This document shows, in pieces, positions 1-19,447 of a stretch of 64,000 nt of DNA. The position numbers were made by a program, and so were the translations under genes. The stretch's first letter is position 1. Each line of letters opens with the position of its first letter. Below the pieces are notes generated by a model. It ran no database searches, was not told the origin of the DNA, and worked only from the letters and a program-made list of their open reading frames with translations. Source of the stretch: the human T2T-CHM13v2.0 reference genome, Homo sapiens. The DNA lies in NCBI RefSeq assembly GCF_009914755.1, contig NC_060939.1. One strand, written 5' to 3'.

Positions 1-674
1 AGGTGGGGTGATGCCAGGGAGCTAAGCACCGTCGTTCAGCGGGCCCCACTCCCACAGCACCTCACAAGCTAAGACTCACTGTCTTGTAATTCCAGCCAGC
101 CAGTGGTAGACGTTGGAGACGGCCTGAGACGACCGAGCTGGGTGGACGTGTAGGAGGGACAGACACTATCTCTGCAGCTCAAGTAGGCCATCCTGGCCTG
201 CCAGCTCCTGGGAGTCAGGGTGGTCCAAACTGGGAGGAATTCCCCACAGCGCAGCACAGCTGCTGTGGCAGATCATGGCCAGACTGCTACTTTCAGTGGG
301 ACCTGGATGCTCTGGAGAGTCTGGGTGGTCTGGATGAGGGAGGTTTCCCCCAGCACAGCGTATCTGCTCCACCAGGGGGCAGCCAGACTGCTTCTTTAAG
401 CGGGTCCCTGATCCCATTCCTCTTGACTGGGTGAGACCTCCCAACAGGGGTCTACAAATGCCTCCTCCAGGAGCGTTCCAGCTGGCATCAGGTTGGTGCC
501 CCTCTGGGATGGAGTCTCCAGAGGAAGGAGCTGGATGCCATCTTTGCTGTTTTGCAGCCTTCACTGGTGATACCTCCAGGTGCAGGAGGGACCCAGGCAA
601 TAAGGGTCTGGAGTGGACCCCCAGCAAACCGCAGCAGCCCTGTGGAGGAGAGGCCTGACTGTTAAAAGAAAAAC

Positions 675-1308
<634 letters not shown>

Positions 1309-4039
1309 GAAAGAAAGCAACATCATCATCAAAAAGACTCCACAAAAACCCCATTCATAGGTCAGCAACCTCAAAGACTTAAGATAGATAAGCCCACCAA
1401 GATGAGAAAGAATCAACACAAAAACACTGAGAACTCAAAAGGCCAGAGTGCCTCTTCTCCACGTGATCACAGCATCTCTATAGCAAAGGCACAGAACTGG
1501 GTTGAGGCTGAGATAGAGGAAGTGACAGAAGTAGGCTTCAGAAGGTGGGTAATAATGAACTTCACTGAGCTAAAGGAGCATGTTCTAACCCAATGCAAAG
1601 AAGCTAAGAATCATGATAAAACATTACAGGAGCTGATAACCAAAATAGCCAGTTTAGAGAGGAACATAAATGACCTGATGGGGCTGAAAGATACAACATA
1701 AGAATGTCACGATGCAATCACAAGTAACAACAGCTGAACAGACCAAGCATAGGAAACAATCTCAGAGCTTGAAGACTATCTTTCTAAAATAAGGCAAGCA
1801 GACAAGAATAGAGAAAAAACAATGAAAAGGAATGAACAAAACCTCCAGTAAATATGGGATTATGTAAAAAGACTGAACCTACAACTGATTAGGGTACCTG
1901 AAAGATATGGGGAGAATGGAACAAGCTAAAAAACATACTTCAGGATATCATCCAGGAGAACTTCCCTAACCTAAGAAGACAGGGCAACGTTCAAATTCAG
2001 GAAATCCAGAGAACGCCAGTAAGATACTCCCTTTAAAGATCAACCCCAAGACACATAATCATCAGATTCTCCAAGACTGAAATGAAAGAAAAAATGTTAA
2101 GGGCAGCCAGAGAGAAAAGCAAAGGGAAGCCCGCCAGACTAACAGCAGACCTCTCAGTGGAAACCTTACAAGCCCGAAGAGAGTGGGGCCAATATTCAAC
2201 ATTCTTAAGGAAAAGAATTTCCAACCCAGAATTTTATATGCGGCCAAGCTAAGCTTCATAAGCAAAGAAGAAACAAGATCTTTTTCAGACAAGCAAATGC
2301 TGAGGAAATTTATCACCACCAGGCCTGCCCTGTAAAAGCTCCTGAAGGAAGCACCAAATATAGAAAGGAAAAACTGTTACCAGCTACTACCAAAAAAAAA
2401 CTGAAGTACAAGTACGCTGTGAAGCACCTACACAAACAAGTCTGCAAAATAACTAGCTAGCATCATGATGACAGGATCAAATTCACACATAACAATATTA
2501 ACCTTAAATGTAAATGGGCTAAATGCTCCAATTAAAAGACACAGAATGGCAAGCTGGATCGAGTCCAGACTCATTGGTATGCTATATTCAAGAGCCCCAT
2601 CTCACATGCAAAGACACACATAGGCTAAAAATAAAGGGATGGAGGAAAATTTACCAAGCAAATGGAAAACAGAAAAAAGCAGGCGTTGCAATCCTAGTTT
2701 CCAACAAAACAGACTTTAAACCAACAAAGATAAAAAAAGACAGAGAAGGGCATTACATAATGGTAAAGTGTTCAATTCAACAAGAAGAGCTAACTATTCT
2801 AAATATATATGCACCCAATACAGGAGCACCCAGATTCATAAAGCAAGTTCTTACAGATCTACAAAGAGACTTACACTCCCACACAATAATAGTGGGAGAC
2901 TTTAACACCCCACTGGCAACATTAGACAGATCATTGAGAGAGAAAATTAACAAGGATATTCAGAACCTGAACTCAGCTCTGGATGAAGTGGACCTGACAG
3001 ATATCTACAGAATTCTCCATCCAAAAACAGAATATACATTCTTCTCATCACCACATGCCATTACTCTAAAATTGATCACATAATTGGAAGTAAAACTCTC
3101 CTTAGTAAATGCAAAAGAACTGAAATCATAACAGTCTCTCAGACCACAGCGAAATCAAATTAGAACTCAAGATTAAGAAACTCATTCAAAACCACACGAC
3201 TACATGGAAATTGAACAACCTGTTCCTGAATGACTCCTAGGTAAATAATGAAATTATGGTAGAAATCAAGAAGTTCTTTGAAACTAATGAGAACTAAGAG
3301 ACAACGTACCAGAATCTCTAGGACACAGCTAAAGCAGTGTTAAGAGGGAAATTTTAGCACTAAATGTCTATATTAGAAAGCTAGAAAGATCTCAAATCAA
3401 CAACCTAACATCACAGCTAAAAGAATTAGAGAACCAAGAGCAAAAAACCCCAAAGCTAGCAGAAGACAAGAAATAACCAAGATCAGAGTGGAACTAAAGG
3501 AGATAGAGACATGAAAAACCCTTCAAAAAAATCAATGAATCCAGGAGCTGGTTTTTTGAAAAAATTAATAAAATAGATAGACCACTAGATAGATTAATAA
3601 AAGAGAGGAGAATCAAATAGACACAATCAGAAATGATAAAGGGGATATCACCACTGACCCCACAGAAATACAAACAACCATCAGAGAATACTACAAATAC
3701 CTCTATGCACATAAACTAGAAAATCTAGAAGAAATAGATAAATTCCTAAATGCATACACCCTCCCAAGACTGAACCAGGAAGAAATGGAATCCCTGAATA
3801 GGCCAATAATGAGGTCTGAAATTAAGGCAGTAATAAATAGCCTACCAACAAAAAAAAGTCCAGGACCAGACAGATTTACAGCTGAATTTTACCAGAGGTA
3901 CAAAGAGGGGCTGGTACCCTTTCTTCTGAAACTATTCTAAACAATTGAAAAGGAGGGACTCCTCCCTAACTCATTTTATCAGGTCAGCATCATCCTGATA
4001 TCAAAACCTGGCAGAGACACAACAAAAAAAGAAAACTTT

Positions 4040-4340
4040 GGCCGAGTGCAGTGGCCCACGTCTGTAATCCCAGCACTTTGGGAGGCTGAGGCGGGTGGAT
4101 CACCTGAGGTCAGGACTTTGAGACCAGCCTGGCCAACATGGTGAAACTCTGTCTCTACTAAAAATACAAAAAATTAGCCGGGCGTGGTGGCAGGCGCCTG
4201 TAATCTTAGCTACTCAGGAGGCTGAGGCAGGAGAATCGCCTGAACGCAGGAGGTAGAGGTTGCAGTGAGTCAAGATCATGCCATTGCACTCCAGACTGGG
4301 CAACAGGAGCAAGACTCCATTTCAAAAAAAAAAAGAAAAG
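4040..4340 (+). mobile_element. Alu inserted in L1 ORF2
   Basis: Full Alu flanked by TSD AAAAAAGAAAACTT. Confidence 0.92.
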
Positions 4341-5693
4341 AAAAAAGAAAACTTCAGGCCAATATCCCTGATGAACATTGGTGCAAAAATCATCAATAAA
4401 TGATTCCCAATACTGGGAAACTGAATCCAGCATCACATCAAAAAACTTATCCAACACTATCAAGTTGGATTCATCCCCAGGATGCAACATTGGTTCAACA
4501 TACACAAATCAGTAAATATAATTCATCATATAAAAAAAACTAAAGAAAAAAACCACATGATTACCTCGATAAGACAGAGAAAAGGCCTTCAATAAAATTC
4601 AACATCCCTTCATGTTAAAAACTCGCAATAAACAAGGTATTGAAGGAACATATCTCAAAATAGTAAGAGCTATATATGACAAACCTACACCGAATATCAT
4701 ACTGAATGGGCAAAAGCTGGAAGCATTCCCCTTGACTGGCACAAGACAAAGATGCCCTCTCTCTCCACTCCTATTCAATATAGTACTGGAAGTTCTGGCC
4801 AGGGCAATCAGGCAAGAGAAAGAAACAAACGGTATTCAAATAGGAAGAGAGAAGTCAAATTATCTTTGTTTGCAGATGACAAGATCCTATATCTAGAAAA
4901 CCCCATCGTCTAAGCCCAAAAGTTTCCTAAGCTGATAAGCAACTTCAGCAAAGTCTCAGGATCCAAAATCAATGTGCAAAAATCACTAGAGAGCCAAATC
5001 ATGAGTGAACTCCCATTCATAATTGCTACAAAGAGAATCAAATACCTGGGAATACAGCTAACAAGGTAAGTGAAGGATCTCTTCAAGAACTACAAACCAC
5101 TGCTCAAGGAGATCAGAGAGGGCACAAACAAATGGAAAAACATTCCATGCTTATGGATAGGAAGAATCAATACAGTGAAAATGGCCATATTGCCCAAAGT
5201 AATTTATAGATTCAATGCGATTCCCATTAAACTACCATTGACATTCTTCATAGAATAGGAAAAAAAACTATTTTAAAATTCACATGGGACCAAAAGAGAG
5301 CCCATATAGCCAAGATAATCCTCAGCAAAAGGAACAAAGCTGGAGGCATCAGGCTACCCAACTTCAAAATATACTACAAGGCTACAGTAACCAAAACAGC
5401 TGGGTACTGGTACAAAAACAGACACACAGACCAATGGAACCGAATGGAGAGCTCAGAAATAAGATTGCACACCTACAATCATCTGATCTTTGATGAACCT
5501 GACAAAAACAAGCAATGGGGAAAGGATTCCCTATTTAATAAATAGTGTTAGGAGAACTGGCTAGCCATATGCAGAAGACTGAAACTGGACCCCTTCCTTA
5601 CACCTTATACAAAAATTAATGCAAGATGGATTAAAGACTTAAATGTAAAACCCCAAACTATAAAAACCCTAGAAGAAAATCTAGGCAATACCA

Positions 5694-6279
<586 letters not shown>

Positions 6280-7461
6280 CTAGGCAATACCATTCAGGAC
6301 ATAGTCATGGGCCAAAGATTTCATGACAAAAACGCCGAAAGTAATTGCAACACAAGCAAAAATTGATAAATGGGATCTAATTAAAACAAAGGGCCTCTGC
6401 ATAGCAAAATAAACTACATCAGAGTGAAGGGACAAACTACAGAAGGGAGAAAATGTTTGTGATCTATCCATCTGATAAAAGTCTGATATCCAGAATCTAC
6501 AAGAACTTAAACAAATTTACAAGAAAAAAAACCCCATTAAAAAGTGGGCAAAGGACATGAACAGACACTTCTCAAAAGAAGACACTCATGCAGACAACAA
6601 ACATGAAAAAAAGCTCAATATCACTGATCATTAGAGAAATGCATATCAAAACCACAATGAGATACCATCTCATGTCAGTCAGAAAGGTGATTATTAAAAA
6701 GTCAAGAAGTAACAGATGCTGGTGAGGTTGCGGAGAAAAAGGAATGCTTCTACACTGTTGGTGGGAATGTAAATTAAATTAGTTCAACCCTGTGGAAGAC
6801 AGTGTGGCAATTCCTCAAAGATCTAGAAGCAGAAATGCCATTTGACCCAGCAATCCCATTACTGGGTATATATCCAAAGGAATATAAACCAATCTATTAA
6901 AAGATACATGCACGAATGTTCATTGCAGCACTATTTACAATATCAAAGATGTGAAATGAACCCAAATGGTCATCAATGATAGACTGGATAAAGAAAATGT
7001 GGTACATACATACCATGGAATACTATGCAGCCATAAAAAGGAATGAAATAATGTCCTTTGCAGGGACATGGAAGCCATTATCCTCAGCAAACTAAGGCAG
7101 AAACAGAAAACCAAACACCACATGTTCTCCTTTATAAGTAGGAGCTGAACGATGAGAACAAATGGACACATCGGGGGAACAACACACACTGGGGCCTGTC
7201 AGGGGCATAGCAGGAGGGACAGCATCAGGAAGAATAGCTAATGGATGCTGGGCTTAATACTTAGGTGATGGGTTGATCTGTGCAGCAAACCACATGACAC
7301 ATGTTTACCTATGTAACAAAACTGCACATCCTGCACATGTACCCTGGAACTTAAAAGCTGAAGAAAAAAAAAAAAACCCTCTCAAACCCCTGTATGGAAG
7401 GAAAACATTAATAGTCACATTTATCTCACTTGTATTTGTCAGAGATTTGTGAATTGCCTTA

Positions 7462-7770
<309 letters not shown>

Positions 7771-8737
7771 ATGAGCCACAAAAAATTCTACCCTGAATTC
7801 CCTAATTAAAAGTTTGGAGAATTAAGTTATGGGACCATCTTTAAGATTGAATACTGTAAGGTTCCATATAAGAATTTTTAATGATGACATTAAAAGAAAT
7901 GTAAATGACATGGGGAGCTACTCAATCCATTGTGCTGAATGTTAAAACTGGGCTCAAATCCTCTATCTAGTACAGTCCCTAGTAAGCTTATAAATATATA
8001 CACAAACATGGAAACATAAGCTATGAAATACATGAAAATATTAAAAATGGCTACCTCTAGGTATTGAGATTATGAATGACTTGTTTTCTTCTATATTTCT
8101 AGATTTTTCCACAGTGAGCATTTGTTTATTGGGAAAGTACTCTAAACACCCTTGCATTAGCCAGCTCGAGTATAACAGTGAATGCAGAGAAAGGAAGGGG
8201 AAAGGAAATGAAGGCAGGTTAGCTTTCTGCTGCCTCTGATGGCTGCAGGAGGCATGTGGCCAAACAGCAGGGAAGAGGATGACTGTAGAGAAACCGACTT
8301 CTGTAAGCGTCGGTACACAGATCACATTTTCTTAGAATATGAAAAAAGTCAAGGAATATGTTTGCTCCAGGCTAATCTAGAAAGTTGGTTTTCCTAGATT
8401 TTTCCCTAAGCCATAAATCAGAATAGTCCAAGACTCTAAGCCATAAAGCATTCAATAATAAAACTTTTCAAAAAATTACATTTAGAATAGATAGAAAAGT
8501 TAATGGTATCAGATAATACATCCTTCTATCAAATTTAGTCTAGATTTGTACTCAGAGAAACGACATAAACTTGCTTTGTTCCTTAACAATATTAGCATCT
8601 GCCTCAAGGACCTGGGAATTGGAGTAAAGCTCCCACACAGCCCCAGGAGGCTGCTGTGCCTGTTGGCTGAAATGAACACCATGTCCTTCCTGGTCTGTCT
8701 GGTTTGAGCCTGTCTTGCAGATTATTCCTCAGTTTAA

Positions 8738-9079
<342 letters not shown>

Positions 9080-9132
9080 TCCTTTTATTCTTGATCTTGA
9101 CTCCCATTCTAGTACTCATTTTTCCCTTATTA

Positions 9133-9545
<413 letters not shown>

Positions 9546-9669
9546 TTAAGATCATGTTATATATACTGTTTGGCACTTTGCTTTTTATTTTCTTTTACTG
9601 AATAAAAAAAATCGGCACCTTTTCATACGTGGATTTACTTTTCTTTCTTTTCAATGCCAATCTTTTTTT

Positions 9670-10290
<621 letters not shown>

Positions 10291-10542
10291 TGTTGGCAAA
10301 TCTCAACTTTCTAAGAGAAGGTCTAGCATGGTGAGGAGGACAGCTGTCCTGGGAGCTTGAATCTTCTCTACTCCCTATTCAACATTAGAGTAGCTACAAA
10401 ATCTTAGGGAAATCCCTTCACCCCTCCCTGGATCTCAGCTGCTTTTTCATCTATAAGGGACAGGGCTGTTAGGAAGAGAAGGAAATGTTTTGTGCTGGAA
10501 GACTGAAGCTGAAGCAGGGGAACCCTCCTGATCTAAAAGCTG

Positions 10543-10986
10543 TGTGATAGGCTAAATAATGGCCCCCAAAGGTATCCACATCCTAATCCCCAGAACCAGT
10601 GGCGATACTATCTTACGGCAAAAGGGACTTTCTAGATGTGATTAAGTTAAGGATCTTGAGATGGGGAGATTATCCTGGATTATCCAGGTGGGCCCAACAT
10701 AATCACATGGATCCTAATAAGAGGGAGCAGGTGGGTTAGAGTCAGAGAGAGAGGTGACCACAGAAGCAGTGCTCAGAATCACGTGAGCCTTGGGCCAAGA
10801 ACATGGGCAGCCCCAAGAAGCTGGAAAAAGCAAGAAATGGATTCTCCCCTAAAGCTTCCAGAAGGACCTGCCCACCCATTTTAGTCACCGATTATAGACC
10901 TCCAGCACTATAAGAAAACAAATGTATGTTATTGCAAGCCACTAAGTTTGTGGAAATTTGTACAGTAGCAATCAGAAATGAATGCA
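10543..10986 (+). mobile_element. MaLR solo LTR (MLT1D-like)
   Basis: Starts TGTGATAGG..ATAATGGCCCCCAAAG; contains GATGTGATTAAGTTAAGGATCTTGAGATGGGGAGATTATCCTGGATTATCC; MLT1-type 3' end. Confidence 0.85.
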
Positions 10987-11450
10987 CACTGTAACCATAT
11001 GATTCTAAAATGCCTTGGAATCAAGCGAGGTAGTACTCGCCTGTGGTAGAAGATAAGCAGAAAGTGACAAGGAGAAAGCTCTGGGGAGAAGCAGGAAGCT
11101 CTGTGGGAGGAAGGGGAAAATGGGGCTTGGGGCTGTGGAGTTTGATGTGAGCTGGCTTCCCATCAGAGGACCCATATAAGCTATTAATACTTCCTATATT
11201 TAATGTTGGCCAAGGGTCTGGCTTGGGGATGAGGGCCAAAGGGATGGAGGTGAAGAACTCAGTGTCTGAAGAGAGGAAACCATTTTTTCCTCAAAGTTTA
11301 TGCTATACAATTTTAATATGTTGCCTTAAGCTACCTTAAGGCAAGAATTTGGGCAAGTCCAAGCCAATAGGAGGTAACAACTATCCTGGTTTGCCTAGGG
11401 CCGCAGGGTCTCCTGGGGTGCAGGACTTTCCATTTTAAAACCTAGGGTCT

Positions 11451-11745
11451 GGCTAGGCACGGTGGCACACGCCTGTAATCCCAGAACTTTGGGAGGCTGA
11501 GGCGGGTGGATCACCTAAAGTCAGGAGTTCGAGACCAGCTTGGCCAACATAGCAAAACCCCATCTCTCCTAAAAATACAAAAATTAGCTGGGCGAGATGG
11601 TGTGTGCCTGCTACTAGTGGGGCCGAGGGAGGAGAATTGCTTGAACCTGGAATGCGGAGGTTGCAGCGAGCCGAGATCGTGCCACCGCACTCCAGCCTGG
11701 GTAACAGAGCAAGACTCTGTCTCAAAAACAAACAAACAAACAAAC
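11451..11745 (+). mobile_element. Alu splitting a MER94-like hAT remnant (about 11375-11790)
   Basis: Alu with TSD ACCTAGGGTC; flanks CAACTATCCTGGTTTGCC and GGCAAACTGGGATGAGTTG are approximately inverted. Confidence 0.85.
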
Positions 11746-12107
11746 ACACATACCTAGGGTCCCAGGCAAACTGGGATGAGTTGATTACCTTAGCTGATAG
11801 CCTAAAGGGGTCTCCCTGACTAGGGCAGAGGCTACTGGGCCACCTATATAGCAACACTAAAATGCAAAAATGTACAGGCATCTAACACATGTTGCTCTGG
11901 GGAATAAACCATACCCCTCTGGTGTCAGCCGCATACCCTAATTTGGTACTATAAAACTCATGTGTCTGGCCACACATTCCCAATTCACAGGAAACCATCG
12001 TTGGATTCCAAAATGGGAAATATCTGCAGAGGTCATCACGAAGCAGGGGCTGGGAATCTCAGCTGGGCAAGAAACAAGGCCTGTGTGTGTCAGAAACAAA
12101 TCTGTCA

Positions 12108-12826
<719 letters not shown>

Positions 12827-13564
12827 TCAGTTTATGGTCCTCCCCAGCCTCACCAGACCCTTCCCACCTTCCCCCAGGCTCTCAGCCACTTGCTCAATGG
12901 GGAGCCCTGCAAAGAAAGCTGCATCATTCCTAAACTGAATCCTGGCCCAATCACTAACCAGCTGCATGACCCTGAAGGAATTATTCGACTTTGCTAAGCC
13001 TGCTCGCTCATCGCACAGATGGGGATGATACCACTTTCCTTCATACAGGGAAAAATGACAGCACTGTTGTTTGCACCTGGCAGGGCTCTAGCTTATACTT
13101 CCACAAGTAAAACTCATCAGCATCCTTTCCTCCCTTTCCCACCTGAGTGCCAAGGGACAAACACACTTAGGAAGGAGCTGGGCGAGTCTGGGCTGGGGTA
13201 AGGTAAGAGCGGCTGCAGGGTCAACTATGGGACCAAGACAAGCTCAGAAATCATCTCTCGCTCTTCCACCTTCAGCTGTAACTTCCATTAGGAGCTGGCA
13301 AGTGGCACGCAAGGTAGGCTCTCTGATAAGAGGGAAAGAGACATTTGTCAAGAACTCTTACCCCAGGTCACTTACCTCTCACACTTCATTTCCCTCCCTC
13401 AAGCTGTCTTGTTCTGCCACAAAACATGGCAGGCAGAGTGAGCCCAGTAAAGCAATCAGATCCATCCTCTCTCTCAAAACCCTCCAAGGGTTTCCCAACT
13501 CACTGGGAGTAAGAGCCCAAATCTTCACTGCACCCATGGGGTCCTGCATGAGCTCCCAGCATAA

Positions 13565-13987
<423 letters not shown>

Positions 13988-14030
13988 GAGACCCTGTCTC
14001 TTAAAAATAAAGATGAATAAAGAAAAGAAT

Positions 14031-14425
<395 letters not shown>

Positions 14426-14989
14426 TTATGCGGGGTAGAAGAGAAGTGGTCTGGAAGCTGCAGGGGAATCAAGAGGGACACAACCACATGACTTCTGGTC
14501 TTTCCAGCTCACAAATTCTGACATATGCAGGTAGGGATAGACCCTTCCACTGTGGGTCTAAAATCTGGCCCTAGCTTTTGAGGGCACCACACTCTTGGCA
14601 GGACAAAAAAAAGTTTCTTCTTTTGGATTGACTACATTTGCCCCCTGAGGTTCCCTTTGAAAAGCTGCATCTCTGCTCTCTGTCTTAAGGCAACTTACAA
14701 ATTCACAGAAAACCTGAAAATATCCAGGCATGCAGCCTGCACTATTGAATAAGTGAGTTTCTGGAGAACGCCCTCTGCATGAAGCTCAAAACGGGTTTGG
14801 CGAAAATAATCTGAAGTGAGCCTGAGCTGGCACTCTGATTGCCTGGGGGGAATCCGGGTCCCAACACTTAGCAGGGGACCTTCGGTAAGTCCTTTAATTC
14901 TTTGTGCCTCAGTTTCCTCATCTGTCAAATGGAGAAATTAGATGACCTATGAATACTTTTCACCATGTTGGCCAGGCTGGTCTCAAACT

Positions 14990-15330
14990 GGGAGAAGGAT
15001 TTCTGGGAAAACTTTTGCTTTGCTTTCTTGATAGGGAGCAAAGAGAGATTGGTGTCCATATTCCCCCTTCTTCCTGCCTTGGATACAGAAGTGATGTTTG
15101 GAGCTGTGGCAATCATATTATAATCATGGGGCAAATGCCACTGCTCTAAGGTGTGGAGAAGAAAGGCAGAAGGAGCCTGGGTCCCTTGGTGGGGGGTGCA
15201 TGGTGCAGCTGAACAACAGCAGGTGATCATCCACCTTTGCTCTTGTTATGTAAGAAAAGTAACTCTCAATTTGCATAACTACATTATTTGGGGTTTACAG
15301 TTAGTGATTGCTGGACAGGATTTCTAAGCT
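14990..15330 (+). mobile_element. Old MaLR/ERVL LTR remnant (MLT1J/K-like)
   Basis: Degenerate phrases ggagctgtggcaatcat, gaaggagcctgggtccct, ttgttatgtaagaaaa; from recall. Confidence 0.5.
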
Positions 15331-16072
15331 TAGAGTGCCTCCTATTTAAAGAAGACCCCTAGGAAAGCACAGCACACGCTAGATCCAGGTCATCCACTTC
15401 TCTTAAGTGATCTTCAGAGATCAAAAGGTAAAGGCCCTAGCACGAACCCCATTTTTCCATTCCACATAGAATGTAAAGGGTGGCATCGATTAGGAATGGC
15501 AGGAGAACAACGTCAAGGTGTGCAGGAGGGCACCGTGGGAGGTGCTCAGCAAAGGGGAGATGCCACCCTCAGAGCTCAAAAGTGAGCAGATACGACCACT
15601 TCCCCAAGCCTGGCCCCCAGCCCAAGCTCTGCTGAGGAGGAGCCCTCTGACAAAGTAAAGGAACGCTGTTTTGGCCAAGAGCCGCTGAACCTGGCTATTT
15701 AATCGCTCACTCATAAAAATCACAGAGCCAGTTCTGAATTACGGTGGTGGTGGTGAAGAATGCAAGTTTAAGATCGCTATGGCTTTTTTATGCCAATCCA
15801 CCACATCGATCCAAAAGCTTTTTAAACAGCCTTAAACGAACTGAACGGTTGAATTTAGTGAGCTCCTCCGTTTCCCTTCTCTCCCCGTCATCCAGCTCCC
15901 CGCCCCAAGGATAGGGGAGAGGTTGGAAAAATGAGCTTTGAAATTGCAGTCTCATAAAAGCAAAACTGAGAAAAGATACAACAGTGATGGAGAAAGCCAG
16001 ACGGGCATTAAAAAACAAAACAGGAGTCTCTCCTAGGCCGCGCCTACACGGGCTCGCCGCGCTCGCTCGTCA

Positions 16073-16890
<818 letters not shown>

Positions 16891-17429
16891 CCCCGCTTCT
16901 GGGGAGACCGGTGAGGCCCCCGCGACATGGCCCTCCCATCCCCAAGCCTCTCGTGCAGATCTCCGCTCTGTGGGACTTGATTGCGGGCTGCGGGCCCGTG
17001 GCTCCTGCAGGCAGAGAGAGGACGGGAGAGGAGACGGCTACGAGGCTTGGCCGCAGGTAGCTACGGTGCTCCCCCAACAAGGAACCGGAAACCCTCTTCG
17101 TTTGTTGAGCTAAATATACAAAAATAAAACTAGTTGCTGGGTTCTCAGACGGAGTCTCTGCGGCATTAGGAGGCCCACCCTTATTTTCTCTTTTCTTCAC
17201 GCAGGAATCAGGTCCCTGGCCTGGGGGCGGCAAAAGGAGATGGCGGTGGGTCAAGTGGGCGCGCAGGCTCAGACCTGGGGCTTCTGAGCCCACGCCCAGG
17301 CATCTCGGACCTCTCACTTCTGAGGCCACCTCCTGCCCTTTAGAATGAAGGGCTGGCACAGTTCTGCCAGGATGCACGTTTAGCGACTTCTGTCAGACTG
17401 AAGCATCCCCTCTCCGCAAGCGCCTGAAG

Positions 17430-17625
17430 TGTGAGAGGCACTGTTCTAAGTGCTTTAATTTGCACTTGTTTAATCCTCACAGGAGTCAACTTGAATGGGC
17501 ACACTTATTCCCACTTTACAGAAGAGGAAACTGGGGCACAGAAAGACTGAGTAATTGCTCAGGGGGCATGCTCCAAGAAAGAGGGAGAGACAGGATTTGG
17601 ACCCAGACAGGCTGGCTCCCTAGTG
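17430..17625 (+). mobile_element. MIR
   Basis: ggcactgttctaagtgcttta..tttaatcctcac..cactttacagaagaggaaactggggcacaga..ggatttggacccag. Confidence 0.75.
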
Positions 17626-17988
17626 CTCTGGACTTTGGTGTGGATGATCCAACTCAAGCCTTCTCCTTTTTCCCTCCTATGTGATCTTGCATGCGTTTGT
17701 GCAGAGAATGAGAAGGCAGATCAAAGTTACAGATGCTGCGAGAACATCGCCAAGCAGAATCTTGGGTGCTGTCCCCACCTCTCTGTACCTGCTCCCTCCC
17801 AGAGAAGCCAGCCTCCACTTGCTGTCCCGGGCCTTCTCTATCTGAGAAAAGTTGAAGGTACTCGATGTTAATCTGTACATAGTTGTTTTGCAGGTTAGAG
17901 TCTGGGATCCTCCGTTTCCTTATCTGGAAAAGCTTCTTCATAGGATCTGCTTCATAGGATTGTTATGAGAATTAAGTAAGATGGTGTG

Positions 17989-18303
<315 letters not shown>

Positions 18304-19447
18304 GGTAAGATAGTGTGGGTGAAGACTTTAGCAGACTTCTCCGTACATAGCAGATGCTTATTCACTGCTAGTTCTCTTTTCCGTTCCCATCCGTATAATA
18401 ATAGGTTTACTTGTCGCTGTTCCTTAGTATTTAGATATTTAGCATAGTACTTGCATATGGTAGGTGCTCAGTTAATGCTAGTTTATTAAATGGATGTATA
18501 AAAAATATATAAAATATATAAATCTGTATAAACTATGTTAAAAATATAAACATATAACAAACATGTTTATAAATGAATAAATATATAAATACAATTATTA
18601 AGTATAAGATAAGAATATATAAAAGCAAAAATATTACACCTGTTTGAGAGTTTGTAAAGCAAAAGGTTAAGAGCACAGGCTCTATCTAGATCTGACTGCC
18701 TGGGGGCAAATCCTGGCTCTGCTCTGTGGCCTGAGGGATTTACTTGTGGTGCCTCAGGCTCCTCATCTGTGAATGGGGGACAACACCTCCTTCAGACTCT
18801 GTATGGCATTCGGAGAGAGCAGTGCGTGGCACACAGTATGCATCTGTTATTATTACTGAGGCTGCCTGATACGCTTGAGCAGTTCACATGAGGTAATTTA
18901 AATGAGACACTGGGTCATGGGGGATTCTTCTCACAAGGGCCATCTCAGGGGGCCCAGGCAAGGCAGCCTCATCTCATCACCTCCTTAGGCTGGCTCTGTT
19001 TGGACCGTTGCAGGATGTGTGTGTGGTTCAAGGTCCTCCTGGCTGTGAAGACCTGAGGCACGTGGTACTTCTCACTGGTGTGTGCCCTCTTCTGGGGGTT
19101 CTTTGTGTAAAATAAACCTCGAACAGCCTCCAACCTGGAGAGTCAACTATCTAGAGATGAGGCCATCAGACTTTTAATGGTTAGGCAGTTTTCCAAGTAC
19201 TTTCTTGTATTTTGGTGTTAACTCCCACTGAGGAAGCTGGATATCAGAAAAGTTGAGGTCAGCTACATTCCACAGTGGTTGAGATAAAGGGTCACTCCTA
19301 TTCACAAAAAGGGCCCAATGGGGACTGTGTCTACATAATCCCAAACAGTTGGATGAAAGGCCAGCTGTCAGTCACTGGATGTCTCTTCAGCTGAATGATG
19401 CTGTCTGAATATTTGGGAACCCCCAAGTAGAGAGTAGAGATTGTATT

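Noticed and set aside
190-400. Internally repeated unit of about 120 bp at the window start
   Set aside because: Consistent with the repeated structure of old L1PA 5' UTRs; not an independent element.
1402-5493. L1 ORF1/ORF2 fragments as active genes
   Set aside because: Multiple stops, frameshifts and Alu insertions; this is a dead element.
18490-18640. Extremely AT-rich stretch
   Set aside because: Degenerate TA-type low complexity with no discernible structure.
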